Positions 16,557 through 25,449 of a DNA stretch of 64,000 nucleotides are shown one piece after another. Numbering within the stretch: the stretch's first letter is position 1; the number at the start of each line of letters is the position of its first letter. A program made the position numbers and the translations under genes. Source of the DNA: an uncultured Oscillospiraceae bacterium (lineage in GTDB: Bacteria > Bacillota > Clostridia > Christensenellales > CAG-138); assembly GCA_964447605.1 (NCBI GenBank), contig CAYUTA010000004.1, forward strand, positions 15,465 to 79,464. The letters run 5' to 3'. Under the pieces are notes generated by a model, which did not search any database, was not told the origin of the DNA, and saw nothing but the letters and a program-made list of their open reading frames with translations.

Positions 16557-17399
16557 TCACTCCTTATCCAGATAAATCATAACCGATTCGAGGTTGACCG
16601 GGGCAACCTCCAGCGCCTGCGCGGCGGACAGGTCTTGCACGCCGATTAAGGCGGTGAAGCCGAACGCGTTGGGCTTGGTTCCGTGCAGCACGGCGTCCAG
16701 CTCCGGCGTCAATTGGTCCATTCGTCCGCGCACCAGCCGGTAGGCGGAAAGAAACGCCTCGGTATCCGTGCTTGCAACGATCTTCCCCTTGCGAATAAAG
16801 GTAATGAAGTCCGCGCACTTTTCCAGGTCGGAGGTAATGTGCGTAGAAAACAGAATGCTGCGCCGGCCGTCGGCGATGATTTCCTGAAACAGCGCGATCA
16901 GGTCGTCGCGCGAAACGGGGTCGAGCCCGCTCGTCGGTTCATCGAGCAGCAGCAGCTCCGCGTTGTGCGAAAGCGCCAGCGCCAGCGAAAATTTGACCTT
17001 CATGCCTGAGGAAAGCTCCTTCAACCGTTTATCGGGGTCGAGCTCAAAGCGCTCCAGATAGCGGCGGAACGCGCCGTCGTCCCATTCGTCATAAAAGCGG
17101 CCGGCCACGCGCGCAATTTTGCCGGCCTTTTCGCGCGGATAATAGTCCACGCCGCCGAATAGGAAACCGACCTTTTGCTTGACTGCGAATTCCTCGGATG
17201 CAAAGTCGTGCCCGCAAAGGGAGACCTGCCCCTCGTCGGGGTGAACAAAACCAAGCATGGATTTAAGCGTCGTGGTCTTGCCCGCGCCGTTTCTGCCGAT
17301 AAAGCCCATGATATATCCGCGTTCGAGCGTGAACGATACATGGTCGAGCGCAAAGGACGCATACCGCTTCGTCAGCCCCTGCACGTTTAACAGTTCCAT
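16557..17399 (-). CDS. ABC transporter ATP-binding protein
   Basis: Walker A GRNGAGKTT, signature LSSGMKVK and Walker B LLLLDEPTSGLD. Start chosen at MELLNVQGL (17399). Confidence 0.9.
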   Translation of the reverse strand: MELLNVQGLTKRYASFALDHVSFTLERGYIMGFIGRNGAGKTTTLKSMLGFVHPDEGQVSLCGHDFASEEFAVKQKVGFLFGGVDYYPREKAGKIARVAGRFYDEWDDGAFRRYLERFELDPDKRLKELSSGMKVKFSLALALSHNAELLLLDEPTSGLDPVSRDDLIALFQEIIADGRRSILFSTHITSDLEKCADFITFIRKGKIVASTDTEAFLSAYRLVRGRMDQLTPELDAVLHGTKPNAFGFTALIGVQDLSAAQALEVAPVNLESVMIYLDKE

Positions 17400-18020
17400 A
17401 AATTTCCGTCCCCTTCGATCCAATATTGTACATATTGTACATACACAATATAACAAATATGCCCCGCTCTGTCAAGCAAACTATCAAGTGGCATATCGTT
17501 GGCCCTGCGGCCCCGGATTAACGGAAAAGGCGCCTGATCATGCGACAATCAGCGCAAACCGGCAAAGACGGTTCCGGGATACCAATCGTGCGGGGCCGAT
17601 CTGCAATGAAAGTTCTCAGGCAGGCGGGAGAAAAGGGCTGGCAGGCGGGAATCTCCCGTATGCGGACAGCGCCCAGGTGAAGGCAAAGGCGAACAAGCGT
17701 AAAAAAAGTCGGCGTGACGGCGAAGGAATCGCCAAAGGCGTACATGAAGGAGCTGGACGAGGCGGCAGGGGCGGCGCGGGACGAACCGGGCAAGAAGCCT
17801 TCGCCCCAAGGACGGGCCACCATCCACAAGAACGGTTCGGCAGAGTACAATTTTCTTTTCCGCGCAGCAAAGCCCATGTTCGGCGTGAATCGTGGGCTTT
17901 CGCGCCCGGGCCCCCATACGTCGGGGTTTTTCCCGGCCGTTTCGGACGGATCGTGTAAAACATGGGAACCCCTCGCCGGCTGAAGATGCTTTGCATGACG
18001 GGAAAGGGCCTGCGCACCGT

Positions 18021-18725
18021 CTATTTATGCAGATTCCGCAGGTGCAGGTAAACCGTGTTTCGGCAAATCCCAAGCGCATTGGCCACATAGTTTACAGAAT
18101 CCTTTAATTCAAAGATTCCTTTCTGGTAGAGCCTGGTGATGATTTCCTTATTCTTGTTGTTCAGAGAAATCGTCTTGTCCGACATGACCTCAAACTGCAC
18201 GGAACTCAGAGATTTTTCCACGATATTTTCAATATCGTTGGAAAAGTCCTCCGGCAAGACGCTATGCGTAAGGCCGGCGCCGTCGCCAAGCAGGTGGCCC
18301 ATAAACGCCGCAATGGAACAACCCAAATACAGATTGATACAGAGCAGGCCGATGATGCGGTTTTGACTGCCGCGGATGGCAATGGTCGTGGATTTCATGG
18401 GCTTGCCGTCCTTGGTGTGCGTGTAATAGGAAATAGAATCCTTTTCACTGTTGTTCTCTATGTCATGCAGCATTTTCAGCGCCAGGTCGGTAACGGGCGC
18501 GCCCACCTTTCGACCGGTAAAGTGTCCGTTGTAAATGGCAAGGACAGAATTGTTCAGATCCTTGAGGCTGTGCAGCACAATCTCATAACAGGCGCCCAGA
18601 TAATCTGCAAGGCCTTCCAGCATGAACTGAAATGATTCCAGTATCCGCAAATCTTCGTCGGAAAAATGCACTTCGTTTGTATCCAAACCGATCCCCCCGT
18701 TTAATATGATATTACATTCTTTCAT
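18021..18725 (-). CDS. YheO-like PAS + HTH transcriptional regulator
   Basis: YEIVLHSLKDLNNSVLAIYNGHFTGRKVGAPVTDLAL (YheO-like PAS_6 pattern) plus C-terminal HTH VNYVANALGICRNTVYLHLRNL. Start uncertain (18725 or 18815). Confidence 0.75.
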   Translation of the reverse strand: MKECNIILNGGIGLDTNEVHFSDEDLRILESFQFMLEGLADYLGACYEIVLHSLKDLNNSVLAIYNGHFTGRKVGAPVTDLALKMLHDIENNSEKDSISYYTHTKDGKPMKSTTIAIRGSQNRIIGLLCINLYLGCSIAAFMGHLLGDGAGLTHSVLPEDFSNDIENIVEKSLSSVQFEVMSDKTISLNNKNKEIITRLYQKGIFELKDSVNYVANALGICRNTVYLHLRNLHK

Positions 18726-18838
18726 TATAACCGATTTTTGCAAACCGTCACGAAAAATACGCAAAAATGCCGTATTCTTCCATCCTGCTGAAGCGATGGA
18801 GCGTACGATACGCATTCGGAGATTCCACTCAAAAAATG

Positions 18839-18875
18839 AAATATTTTACAATTTTATTATTTAAGTAAAATATTT
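18839..18875. promoter_or_regulatory. inverted repeat AAATATTTTAC-N15-GTAAAATATTT abutting the -35 box
   Basis: Perfect 11-bp arms in the AT-rich divergent control region. The repeat ends 4 nt before TTGACA. Confidence 0.45.
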
Positions 18876-18879
18876 CTTA

Positions 18880-18908
18880 TTGACATTATAAATAGTAATA
18901 CATATAAT
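18880..18908 (+). promoter_or_regulatory. consensus sigma-70 promoter TTGACA-17-TATAAT
   Basis: Perfect -35 and -10 hexamers with a 17-nt spacer, ~110 nt upstream of the M20 peptidase gene. Confidence 0.65.
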
Positions 18909-19016
18909 GAAAAAAATCAATGTAAACAAAAAATATCCAAGTCAAAAACACGAGTCGGTACAGGGAGCCCGCGCGGGCGTTGGTTGCTTTTACATCTGGA
19001 GGCAGGGGGCGGTATT

Positions 19017-20147
19017 TTGATCATTGAGAAACATTTGGTCGAACGTTTTTTCCGTTATGTACGAATCGACAGCGAATCCCGGGACGAGAGGGCAATGTGC
19101 ATGCGCCTCATGCAGGAGCTGGAGGAGATGGGCTTTCATCCGCGCATGGATGAGGCGGGCCGGGCGTTTCAATCCAATGGGGGCAATCTTTACTGTAAGA
19201 TCCCGGGGGCTTCCTCTGGAGAGCCTCTGTTGCTGGCGGCGCATGTGGACACGGTCGGGCCCGGCAGGGGGATTTGCCCGGTTCTGCGGGAAGGATATGC
19301 CGTAAGCGCCGGGGACACGGTGCTGGGCGGGGATGATAAATCCGGCGTGGCCGTAATCATGGAAGCCATCGAGCAGGTTACAAGAGGAAGAACGCCCCAT
19401 CGGCCCGTTGAACTGGTATTCACCATAGGGGAGGAGATCGGCGTCAGGGGCTCGGCGCTTCTTGATTATTCGGCAATCCGCGCCAAAGAGGCCATTGTGA
19501 TGGATTCCCGCGGAACGGTGGGGGATATCAAGGTGTACGCCCCGGGCAAAAAGAAACTGCACATCACCGTGCGGGGAAGAGCGGCGCACGCGGGGGCATG
19601 CCCGGAACAGGGGATCAGCGCCATCTCGGTCGCATCCGCCGCGATTGCAGAGATGAAACTGCTGCGCATCGATGGGGAAACGACCGCCAACATCGGTTCT
19701 TTTCTCGCCGAAGGCGCCACCAATGTCGTAAATGAACTGGTGCGGATCGAGGCGGAGGCCAGAAGCCAGTCCGCGGAAAAACTGGACGCGCAATGCAGGC
19801 ACATGATCCAATGCTTTGCAGCGGCCGCTGAGAAAAGCGGGGCGAGCGTTGCATGCGTTGTGGAGGACGGCGCCCGACCTTATCGCATCCGTGAAGACCA
19901 CCCGCTGGTGCGGGAGGTCCTGGCGCTGTGCAGGGCGGAGGGCATCAGGGCGGCCGCCACAGGGGACGGCGGAGGCAGCGACGCCAACAATTTTGCCGCG
20001 CATGGAATTGCGGCCATCGCGCTCGGCTGCGGGATGGACCGGGTTCATACGACGGAGGAAACGCTGTGTATCCGCGACTTTGCAGACGCCGCAAGGGTTT
20101 TGACAAGGCTTCTTGCCTCTGATCGCGCAAATCCTGGAGCCGCGTAG
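19017..20147 (+). CDS. M20 family metallopeptidase (PepT/tripeptidase-like)
   Basis: LVERFFRYVRIDSES, AAHVDTV, GGDDKSGVAVIMEAI and FTIGEEIGVRGS are typical M20 metal-binding motifs. Start uncertain (TTG 19017 chosen; the ORF is open from 18984). Confidence 0.8.
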   Translation: MIIEKHLVERFFRYVRIDSESRDERAMCMRLMQELEEMGFHPRMDEAGRAFQSNGGNLYCKIPGASSGEPLLLAAHVDTVGPGRGICPVLREGYAVSAGDTVLGGDDKSGVAVIMEAIEQVTRGRTPHRPVELVFTIGEEIGVRGSALLDYSAIRAKEAIVMDSRGTVGDIKVYAPGKKKLHITVRGRAAHAGACPEQGISAISVASAAIAEMKLLRIDGETTANIGSFLAEGATNVVNELVRIEAEARSQSAEKLDAQCRHMIQCFAAAAEKSGASVACVVEDGARPYRIREDHPLVREVLALCRAEGIRAAATGDGGGSDANNFAAHGIAAIALGCGMDRVHTTEETLCIRDFADAARVLTRLLASDRANPGAA

Positions 20148-20176
20148 GAACCATCGCTGAGGAAAGGGGGGCATCT

Positions 20177-21196
20177 TTGTTGTTTCAGTACATTATCAAG
20201 CGTTTGCTGCTGGGCGTACTGGTCCTTTTTGGCGTGATCGTCATCACGTTTGTCATCACACGCGTCGTTCCGTCCGACCCCGCAGGGCTGCTGGTTGGAG
20301 AAAATGCCACGGTGGCGCAGCGTGAGGCCATTACAGGGGAGCTGGGGCTGGACCAGCCGATTCCGATCCAGTTCAAGACCTATCTTGTAAATTTGCTGCA
20401 CGGCGATCTGGGAATCTCTCTGCGAACCAAACACGATGTGCTGACGGACCTCAAGACCTATATTCCGGCCACGATGGAGCTGGTGGTCTACGCCATGATG
20501 CTGTCGATATTGCTCGGCATCCCGCTCGGCGTAATAGCGGCGCGCTTTAAAGACAAGCTTGCGGATCATTTTACGCGGTTTGTCACAATCTCGTCCATTT
20601 CGCTGCCAACGTTCGTTGTGGCGCTGCTGCTCCAGTATATCTTCTATGGAAAGATGGGCCTGTTTCCTCTGAACGGGCAGGTGGACACCACGGTGATGCT
20701 GCTGCATCAGGTGCCGTACGTTACGGGATGGACAACGGTGGACGCGTTGCTCGGCGGCGACATGGCGCTGTTTAAAAACGCCCTGTGGCATCTTACGCTG
20801 CCCTGCCTGACCATTGCGTTCTATCCGATTGGAACGGTTGCAAAACAAACCCGCGCCGCCATGCTGGAAACGCTGGGCGAGGACTATATTCCGGCGGCGC
20901 GGTCCTATGGCCTGCCGGAGCGGATTGTGCTGTGGTCCTATGCGCTGAAAAATTCTCTCAGCACAACGATTACCGTGCTTGCAATGTCCTTTGCATTCAC
21001 GCTGGTAAACACGTTTCTGATCGAAAACATTTTCTCCTGGCCGGGAATCGGCAGCTATGTCGGAAATGCCATTACGTCTCTGGACGGGCCGGCCATCATG
21101 GGCTCCACCATCTTTGCCGCGTGCGTCTATGTGCTTGTGAACCTTGCGGCGGATCTGATCATTGCGGTGGACCCCCGCGTCCGCCTGGGAAAGTGA
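20177..21196 (+). CDS. peptide ABC transporter permease (DppB/OppB-like)
   Basis: N-terminus LFQYIIKRLLLGVLVLFGVIVITFVITRVVPSDP and a BPD_transp_1 core. Confidence 0.9.
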   Translation: MLFQYIIKRLLLGVLVLFGVIVITFVITRVVPSDPAGLLVGENATVAQREAITGELGLDQPIPIQFKTYLVNLLHGDLGISLRTKHDVLTDLKTYIPATMELVVYAMMLSILLGIPLGVIAARFKDKLADHFTRFVTISSISLPTFVVALLLQYIFYGKMGLFPLNGQVDTTVMLLHQVPYVTGWTTVDALLGGDMALFKNALWHLTLPCLTIAFYPIGTVAKQTRAAMLETLGEDYIPAARSYGLPERIVLWSYALKNSLSTTITVLAMSFAFTLVNTFLIENIFSWPGIGSYVGNAITSLDGPAIMGSTIFAACVYVLVNLAADLIIAVDPRVRLGK

Positions 21197-21206
21197 GGGG
21201 GAAGCT

Positions 21207-22097
21207 ATGAGGGACAGCAATTTTTACAAGGTGATCAGGTCTAGGGTTAAGGACCTTCTTACCACATTATATCTGCTCAAACGCAACAGGCTCACGCGGG
21301 TCTGTCTGTACGGCATAGCGGCCCTGTTTCTGATTGCAATCTTCGGGCCGATGTGTTTACCCGGCGCGGCGGAGATCAACGGCAACCTGAACCCGGCGGA
21401 CAAGCTGCTTGCGCCTTCCGGCGCGCACTGGTTCGGCACGGACGAACTGGGACGGGACATCTTTCAGCGCGTCATTCTGGGAACAAGAATCTCTATGTTT
21501 TCCGCGCTCTTGGCCATTGCCATCGCGGTGGCGGCCGGCGTAACGCTCGGGGCGATAGCGGGCTATTTCGGCGGCGTGGCGGACGAGGTCATCATGCGGA
21601 TCGTCGATATTTTCCTGTCCTTTCCGTCGCTCCTGCTGGCGATGACCATTTCCGCCTTTCTGGGCGCCAGCCTGCAAAATGCAATTATCGCAATTGCCAT
21701 TTCTACCTGGCCCAACCATGCGCGCATTGTGCGCAATCAGGCGGTCGCGGTCCGGGAGCGCCAGTTTGTGAAAGCATCGTATGCGCTTGGCGCGCCGGCG
21801 CCGTTTATGATTACCAGGCATATTATTCCAAACTGCATCGCTCCGATCATCGTTAAAGCGTCGATGGACTTTGGAAACGTCGTGATGTCGCTTGCGTCGC
21901 TGAGCTTTCTCGGGCTTGGCGCGCAGGCGCCTACGCCGGAATGGGGCCTTATGGTCAGCACCAGCCGCAACTATTTTATGAACGCATGGTGGACCTGCGT
22001 GTTCCCGGGCCTTGCCATTTTTTTGACGGTCCTTTGCTTCAACCTGATTGGCGACGGCCTTCGGGAAGTGCTGGACCCCAAAACGAGAAAGAACTGA
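21207..22097 (+). CDS. peptide ABC transporter permease (DppC/OppC-like)
   Basis: HWFGTDELGRDIFQRVILGTRISM and an EAA-loop region. ATG 21207 follows GAGGGGGAAG. Confidence 0.9.
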   Translation: MRDSNFYKVIRSRVKDLLTTLYLLKRNRLTRVCLYGIAALFLIAIFGPMCLPGAAEINGNLNPADKLLAPSGAHWFGTDELGRDIFQRVILGTRISMFSALLAIAIAVAAGVTLGAIAGYFGGVADEVIMRIVDIFLSFPSLLLAMTISAFLGASLQNAIIAIAISTWPNHARIVRNQAVAVRERQFVKASYALGAPAPFMITRHIIPNCIAPIIVKASMDFGNVVMSLASLSFLGLGAQAPTPEWGLMVSTSRNYFMNAWWTCVFPGLAIFLTVLCFNLIGDGLREVLDPKTRKN

Positions 22098-22115
22098 GGA
22101 GGAAGGGGATCGGCT

Positions 22116-23081
22116 ATGCGTGAAGAAGCGTATCTGCATTATAAAAATTTGAAAATAAAATTTGTCGGATACGACGGCGAGAAGGACGTCCTTTCCGTTG
22201 AAGACCTGAAAATTCGGAAGGGAGAGGCGTTTGGGCTCATCGGCGAGAGCGGAACGGGAAAAACGGTGCTGGCCTATGCGACGCTGGGGCTGCTGCAGAC
22301 GCCGCCCGGCAAGATTGAGAGCGGTGAAATCCTGCTTTCGGGAGAGGACCTGCGAAAGCTTACGCAGCGGGAATTCAGAAAACGCATCCGCGGCCGCAGG
22401 ATCGCCATGATCTTCCAGGATCCCATGTCCACGCTGAATCCGGTGTTCACTGTGGAACGGCAGCTCCTGAACGTGATCCGGCGCAATCAGAAGCTCTCCC
22501 GCAGGGAAGCCTGTGCCGAGGCGATTCGGACGCTGAGCATGGTCAAACTGCCCGACCCGGAATTGATCATGAAAAAGTATCCGCACGAGCTCAGCGGCGG
22601 CCAACGGCAGCGGGTCATCATTGCGCTGGCGCTGTGCTGCAAGGCCGAGCTGCTCATTGCCGACGAACCGACAAGGAACCTGGACGTAACGATTCAGGCG
22701 GGCATCATCAAACTTTTGCAGGAATTGCAGCGCGAGCTGCAGGTTACCGTGCTGTTCATTGCAAACAACCCCGGCCTTGTATACGCCACCTGCGAGCACT
22801 GCGCAATTCTGTATGACGGCAGGATTGTGGAGACCGGCACTGTGGACGAGGTGCTCAAAAATCCGTTCCACCCCTATACGAACGTGCTTCTCAACGCCGT
22901 TCCGAAGAGGAAGAAGGAAGCCGCGCGTCTTGACAGCCTGGTTGCCAGCCACGAGCGCGTGCCGGAGGATGCCTGTTGCTATTACAAGCAGTGCGTCCAT
23001 GCCTGCGGGCGCTGTGTAAACGTGGATCATCTGCGGCATTTGGGCGGCGAGCATTACGCGCGCTGCAGGAGGGAGGTGTAG
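22116..23081 (+). CDS. peptide ABC transporter ATP-binding protein (DppD/OppD-like)
   Basis: Walker A GESGTGKT, signature LSGGQRQR, Walker B LLIADEPT, and a C-terminal oligopeptide-type extension with Cys residues. Confidence 0.9.
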   Translation: MREEAYLHYKNLKIKFVGYDGEKDVLSVEDLKIRKGEAFGLIGESGTGKTVLAYATLGLLQTPPGKIESGEILLSGEDLRKLTQREFRKRIRGRRIAMIFQDPMSTLNPVFTVERQLLNVIRRNQKLSRREACAEAIRTLSMVKLPDPELIMKKYPHELSGGQRQRVIIALALCCKAELLIADEPTRNLDVTIQAGIIKLLQELQRELQVTVLFIANNPGLVYATCEHCAILYDGRIVETGTVDEVLKNPFHPYTNVLLNAVPKRKKEAARLDSLVASHERVPEDACCYYKQCVHACGRCVNVDHLRHLGGEHYARCRREV

Positions 23082-23084
23082 CCT

Positions 23085-24053
23085 GTGTCCGAAGTATTGC
23101 TCGATATTCAGCATCTGTACAAGTATTTCCCGGTCAAAGGGTCCCTGTTTCAGAGGGAAAAGAAATTTGTCAACGCCGTGGACGACGTGTCCATGACGAT
23201 CATCCGGGGAGAAATCCTTGGCATCGTCGGCGAGTCCGGCTGTGGGAAATCGACGCTCGTGAACACGGTTTTGCGCCTGCATCCGCCGACGAAGGGTGAG
23301 GTGCTGTTTGCCGGCAAAAGCATGTTCGGCCTGAAGAAGGAGGAGCTTCGAACCCTCCGCAAGGATATCCAGATCGTTTTTCAGGATCCGTTCTGGTCGC
23401 TGAACCCGCGCATGCTGGTTAAGGACATCATTGCCGAACCGCTGCGCGTGCAGACGAAGATGAACAGCGCGGAGTGCTTTAAGCGGGTAGCAGAAACCAT
23501 GGAGATGGTCGGCCTGCCGCCGGAGCGCGCGTACCTGTACCCACACGAATTCAGCAACGGCCAGCGGCAGCGCATTGCCATTGCGCGCGCACTGGCGCTG
23601 ATGCCGAAGATGATTGTGCTCGACGAACCCACCTCGTCGATCGACGTTGTGTCGCAGGCGCAGATTTTGGACCTGCTGCTGGAGCTTAAAAGCAAATTCG
23701 ACCTCACGTACATCCTGATCTCCCACGACCTGGGCGTGGTGAATTATCTGGCCGACAAGATAGCGGTCATGTACCTTGGCAAGCTGGTGGAATACGGCGA
23801 TGCGGCCACGGTATTCAACGCGCCGAAGCATCCTTATACAAAGGCGCTGTTTGCGGCGATTCCGACGATGGAAGGCCGTATCCGCGAGATTCAGACGCTG
23901 CAGGGCAATGTGCCCAGCGCGATCAACGTGCCCCCGGGCTGCCGGTTCCACAACCGCTGCGCATATGCCCGCGCGCGTTGCAAACGCGAAGTCCCGGAGC
24001 TGATCGCCGGGGAGGACGGCGTGCTGGCCGCGTGTCACCTGCTCAACCGTTAG
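23085..24053 (+). CDS. peptide ABC transporter ATP-binding protein (DppF/OppF-like)
   Basis: GESGCGKST, FSNGQRQRIAIARAL, IVLDEPTSSIDV and a C-terminal PPGCRFHNRCAYA motif. Confidence 0.9.
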   Translation: MSEVLLDIQHLYKYFPVKGSLFQREKKFVNAVDDVSMTIIRGEILGIVGESGCGKSTLVNTVLRLHPPTKGEVLFAGKSMFGLKKEELRTLRKDIQIVFQDPFWSLNPRMLVKDIIAEPLRVQTKMNSAECFKRVAETMEMVGLPPERAYLYPHEFSNGQRQRIAIARALALMPKMIVLDEPTSSIDVVSQAQILDLLLELKSKFDLTYILISHDLGVVNYLADKIAVMYLGKLVEYGDAATVFNAPKHPYTKALFAAIPTMEGRIREIQTLQGNVPSAINVPPGCRFHNRCAYARARCKREVPELIAGEDGVLAACHLLNR

Positions 24054-24243
24054 GCGCTGTCTGCACGCGCCGTAAAGCGCGGTATTCCGGCGCATTTTCC
24101 GCCGTGCGGGCTCCTTTTCCCTGCCGCACCTCCGGTATGGCGGCGGTAAAACGCCTTGCCCGGCAAACAATCGGCCTGAAATCCCCCGGTTCCCGCGCAT
24201 GCGGACAGCACCTGAAAGAATTGCATTTGAAAGGAGTAACAGA

Positions 24244-25323
24244 ATGGACAGAAGAGCAAAAATCGACCGGCTCGCCAAGGCGTTTGTCCATACCAGCCTG
24301 GCGGTGCGGGAGGGAAACCTTGTGGTCGTCACTTCGGATAATAAGGAGTCGGATCTGGAGCTGTGCGACCAGATCTACCGGGAGGTTCTGGCCGGCGGCG
24401 GCGAGTGCGTAATTCTGCGCACAAACGCCGCCGAATGTCATGGAAAGGCTGCGGACAGGGTTGTGCCGAAAAAGGGCTTCGGCCCCATGATTGCCGAGGC
24501 GGATTTCTGGGTTGACACCGGCTCTATGGGCTGGATTTATTCGGATGCGTTCAACAACGCGTTCAGAGCCAATCCCAATTTGAAATATTTCCTGCTTTCC
24601 AGCATTCCGGTGGAGCATCTGTATCACATGTTCGTGCTTCCCGACGAGCTCTATCAGCTGGCGGACGCGCTTGCCGGGATGCTCGGCGGCGCGCGCATGG
24701 TCCGTATCAAAAACCCAAAGGGGACGGACGTAACCTATGAGTTGACAAGGCGGTATCCCATCATGTGCAACGTTGGGAAAATAAGACAGCCCGGGCAGGC
24801 GACCCCGCCCGCGATGGTCAACATGATGTGCAAGGACGGCACGATGAACGGCAGAATTGTGACCAACTGCATGTATGCCGACCCGTGGGGCGTCTGCGAC
24901 GATCTGGCCGTATACGTCAAAGACAGCGCAATTATCAATGCGGAGTCCCCCTCCGATCCCGAGATCGCCAAGCGCTTTATGAGGTGGCTTGCAAGCTGGG
25001 GGGAGGAGAACATCTATAAGCACGCGCACATGAACTTTGGCCTGCTGCCCGGCGTGCGCGAGTTTTTGAACACCGGACTGAAAAACGACGGCATCAGCAA
25101 CGAGCGCATGTGGGGCGCAATGAACTGGGGGTTTGGCGACGTTTCCAAAAAACGTAGGCCCCCGCACGGGCAGCCCAGCAAAAATCATCTCGACTGCATC
25201 ACGCCAGAGATTTCCGCGTGGATCGACGGCGTCCAGATCATGAAAAACGGCGAGTTCATCTACGGCGACCTGAAGAAGCTTGCCGATATCACGCTGCAAA
25301 AGACGGCGCGGAACGCGCAGTAA
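24244..25323 (+). CDS. M29-like (AmpS/aminopeptidase T, COG2309-like) protein
   Basis: AAGGAG SD lies 7 nt before ATG 24244. N-terminal LAKAFVHTSLAVREGNLVVVTS and C-terminal KNHLDCITPEISAWIDGVQIMKNGEF resemble the thermophilic metalloprotease M29 / NicX-like fold. Family assignment is from motif memory. Confidence 0.55.
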   Translation: MDRRAKIDRLAKAFVHTSLAVREGNLVVVTSDNKESDLELCDQIYREVLAGGGECVILRTNAAECHGKAADRVVPKKGFGPMIAEADFWVDTGSMGWIYSDAFNNAFRANPNLKYFLLSSIPVEHLYHMFVLPDELYQLADALAGMLGGARMVRIKNPKGTDVTYELTRRYPIMCNVGKIRQPGQATPPAMVNMMCKDGTMNGRIVTNCMYADPWGVCDDLAVYVKDSAIINAESPSDPEIAKRFMRWLASWGEENIYKHAHMNFGLLPGVREFLNTGLKNDGISNERMWGAMNWGFGDVSKKRRPPHGQPSKNHLDCITPEISAWIDGVQIMKNGEFIYGDLKKLADITLQKTARNAQ

Positions 25324-25449
25324 CCGCGGCGCCGCGCGAGCGGCCCGCACGACTCCCTGCAGCAGGGAGAATGGGGTACAATATGCCGCAAGCACGGGCC
25401 GCTGAACTTGCAGACTTTCCTGTAAGGGAATGAAAATAAGGAGGAACGT

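Noticed and set aside
17257-18088. Several overlapping 70-230-aa ORFs on both strands in the 17.3-18.1 kb region
   Set aside because: They are mutually overlapping, Arg/Pro/Gly-rich, without SD-linked starts or motifs. The region is reported as an unassigned stretch rather than annotated.
21357-24332. 991-aa minus-strand ORF spanning the dppC-dppD-dppF region
   Set aside because: It is antisense to three genes with unmistakable ABC motifs. Its composition is dominated by R/A/H/Q with no domain-like segments, so it is a shadow ORF.
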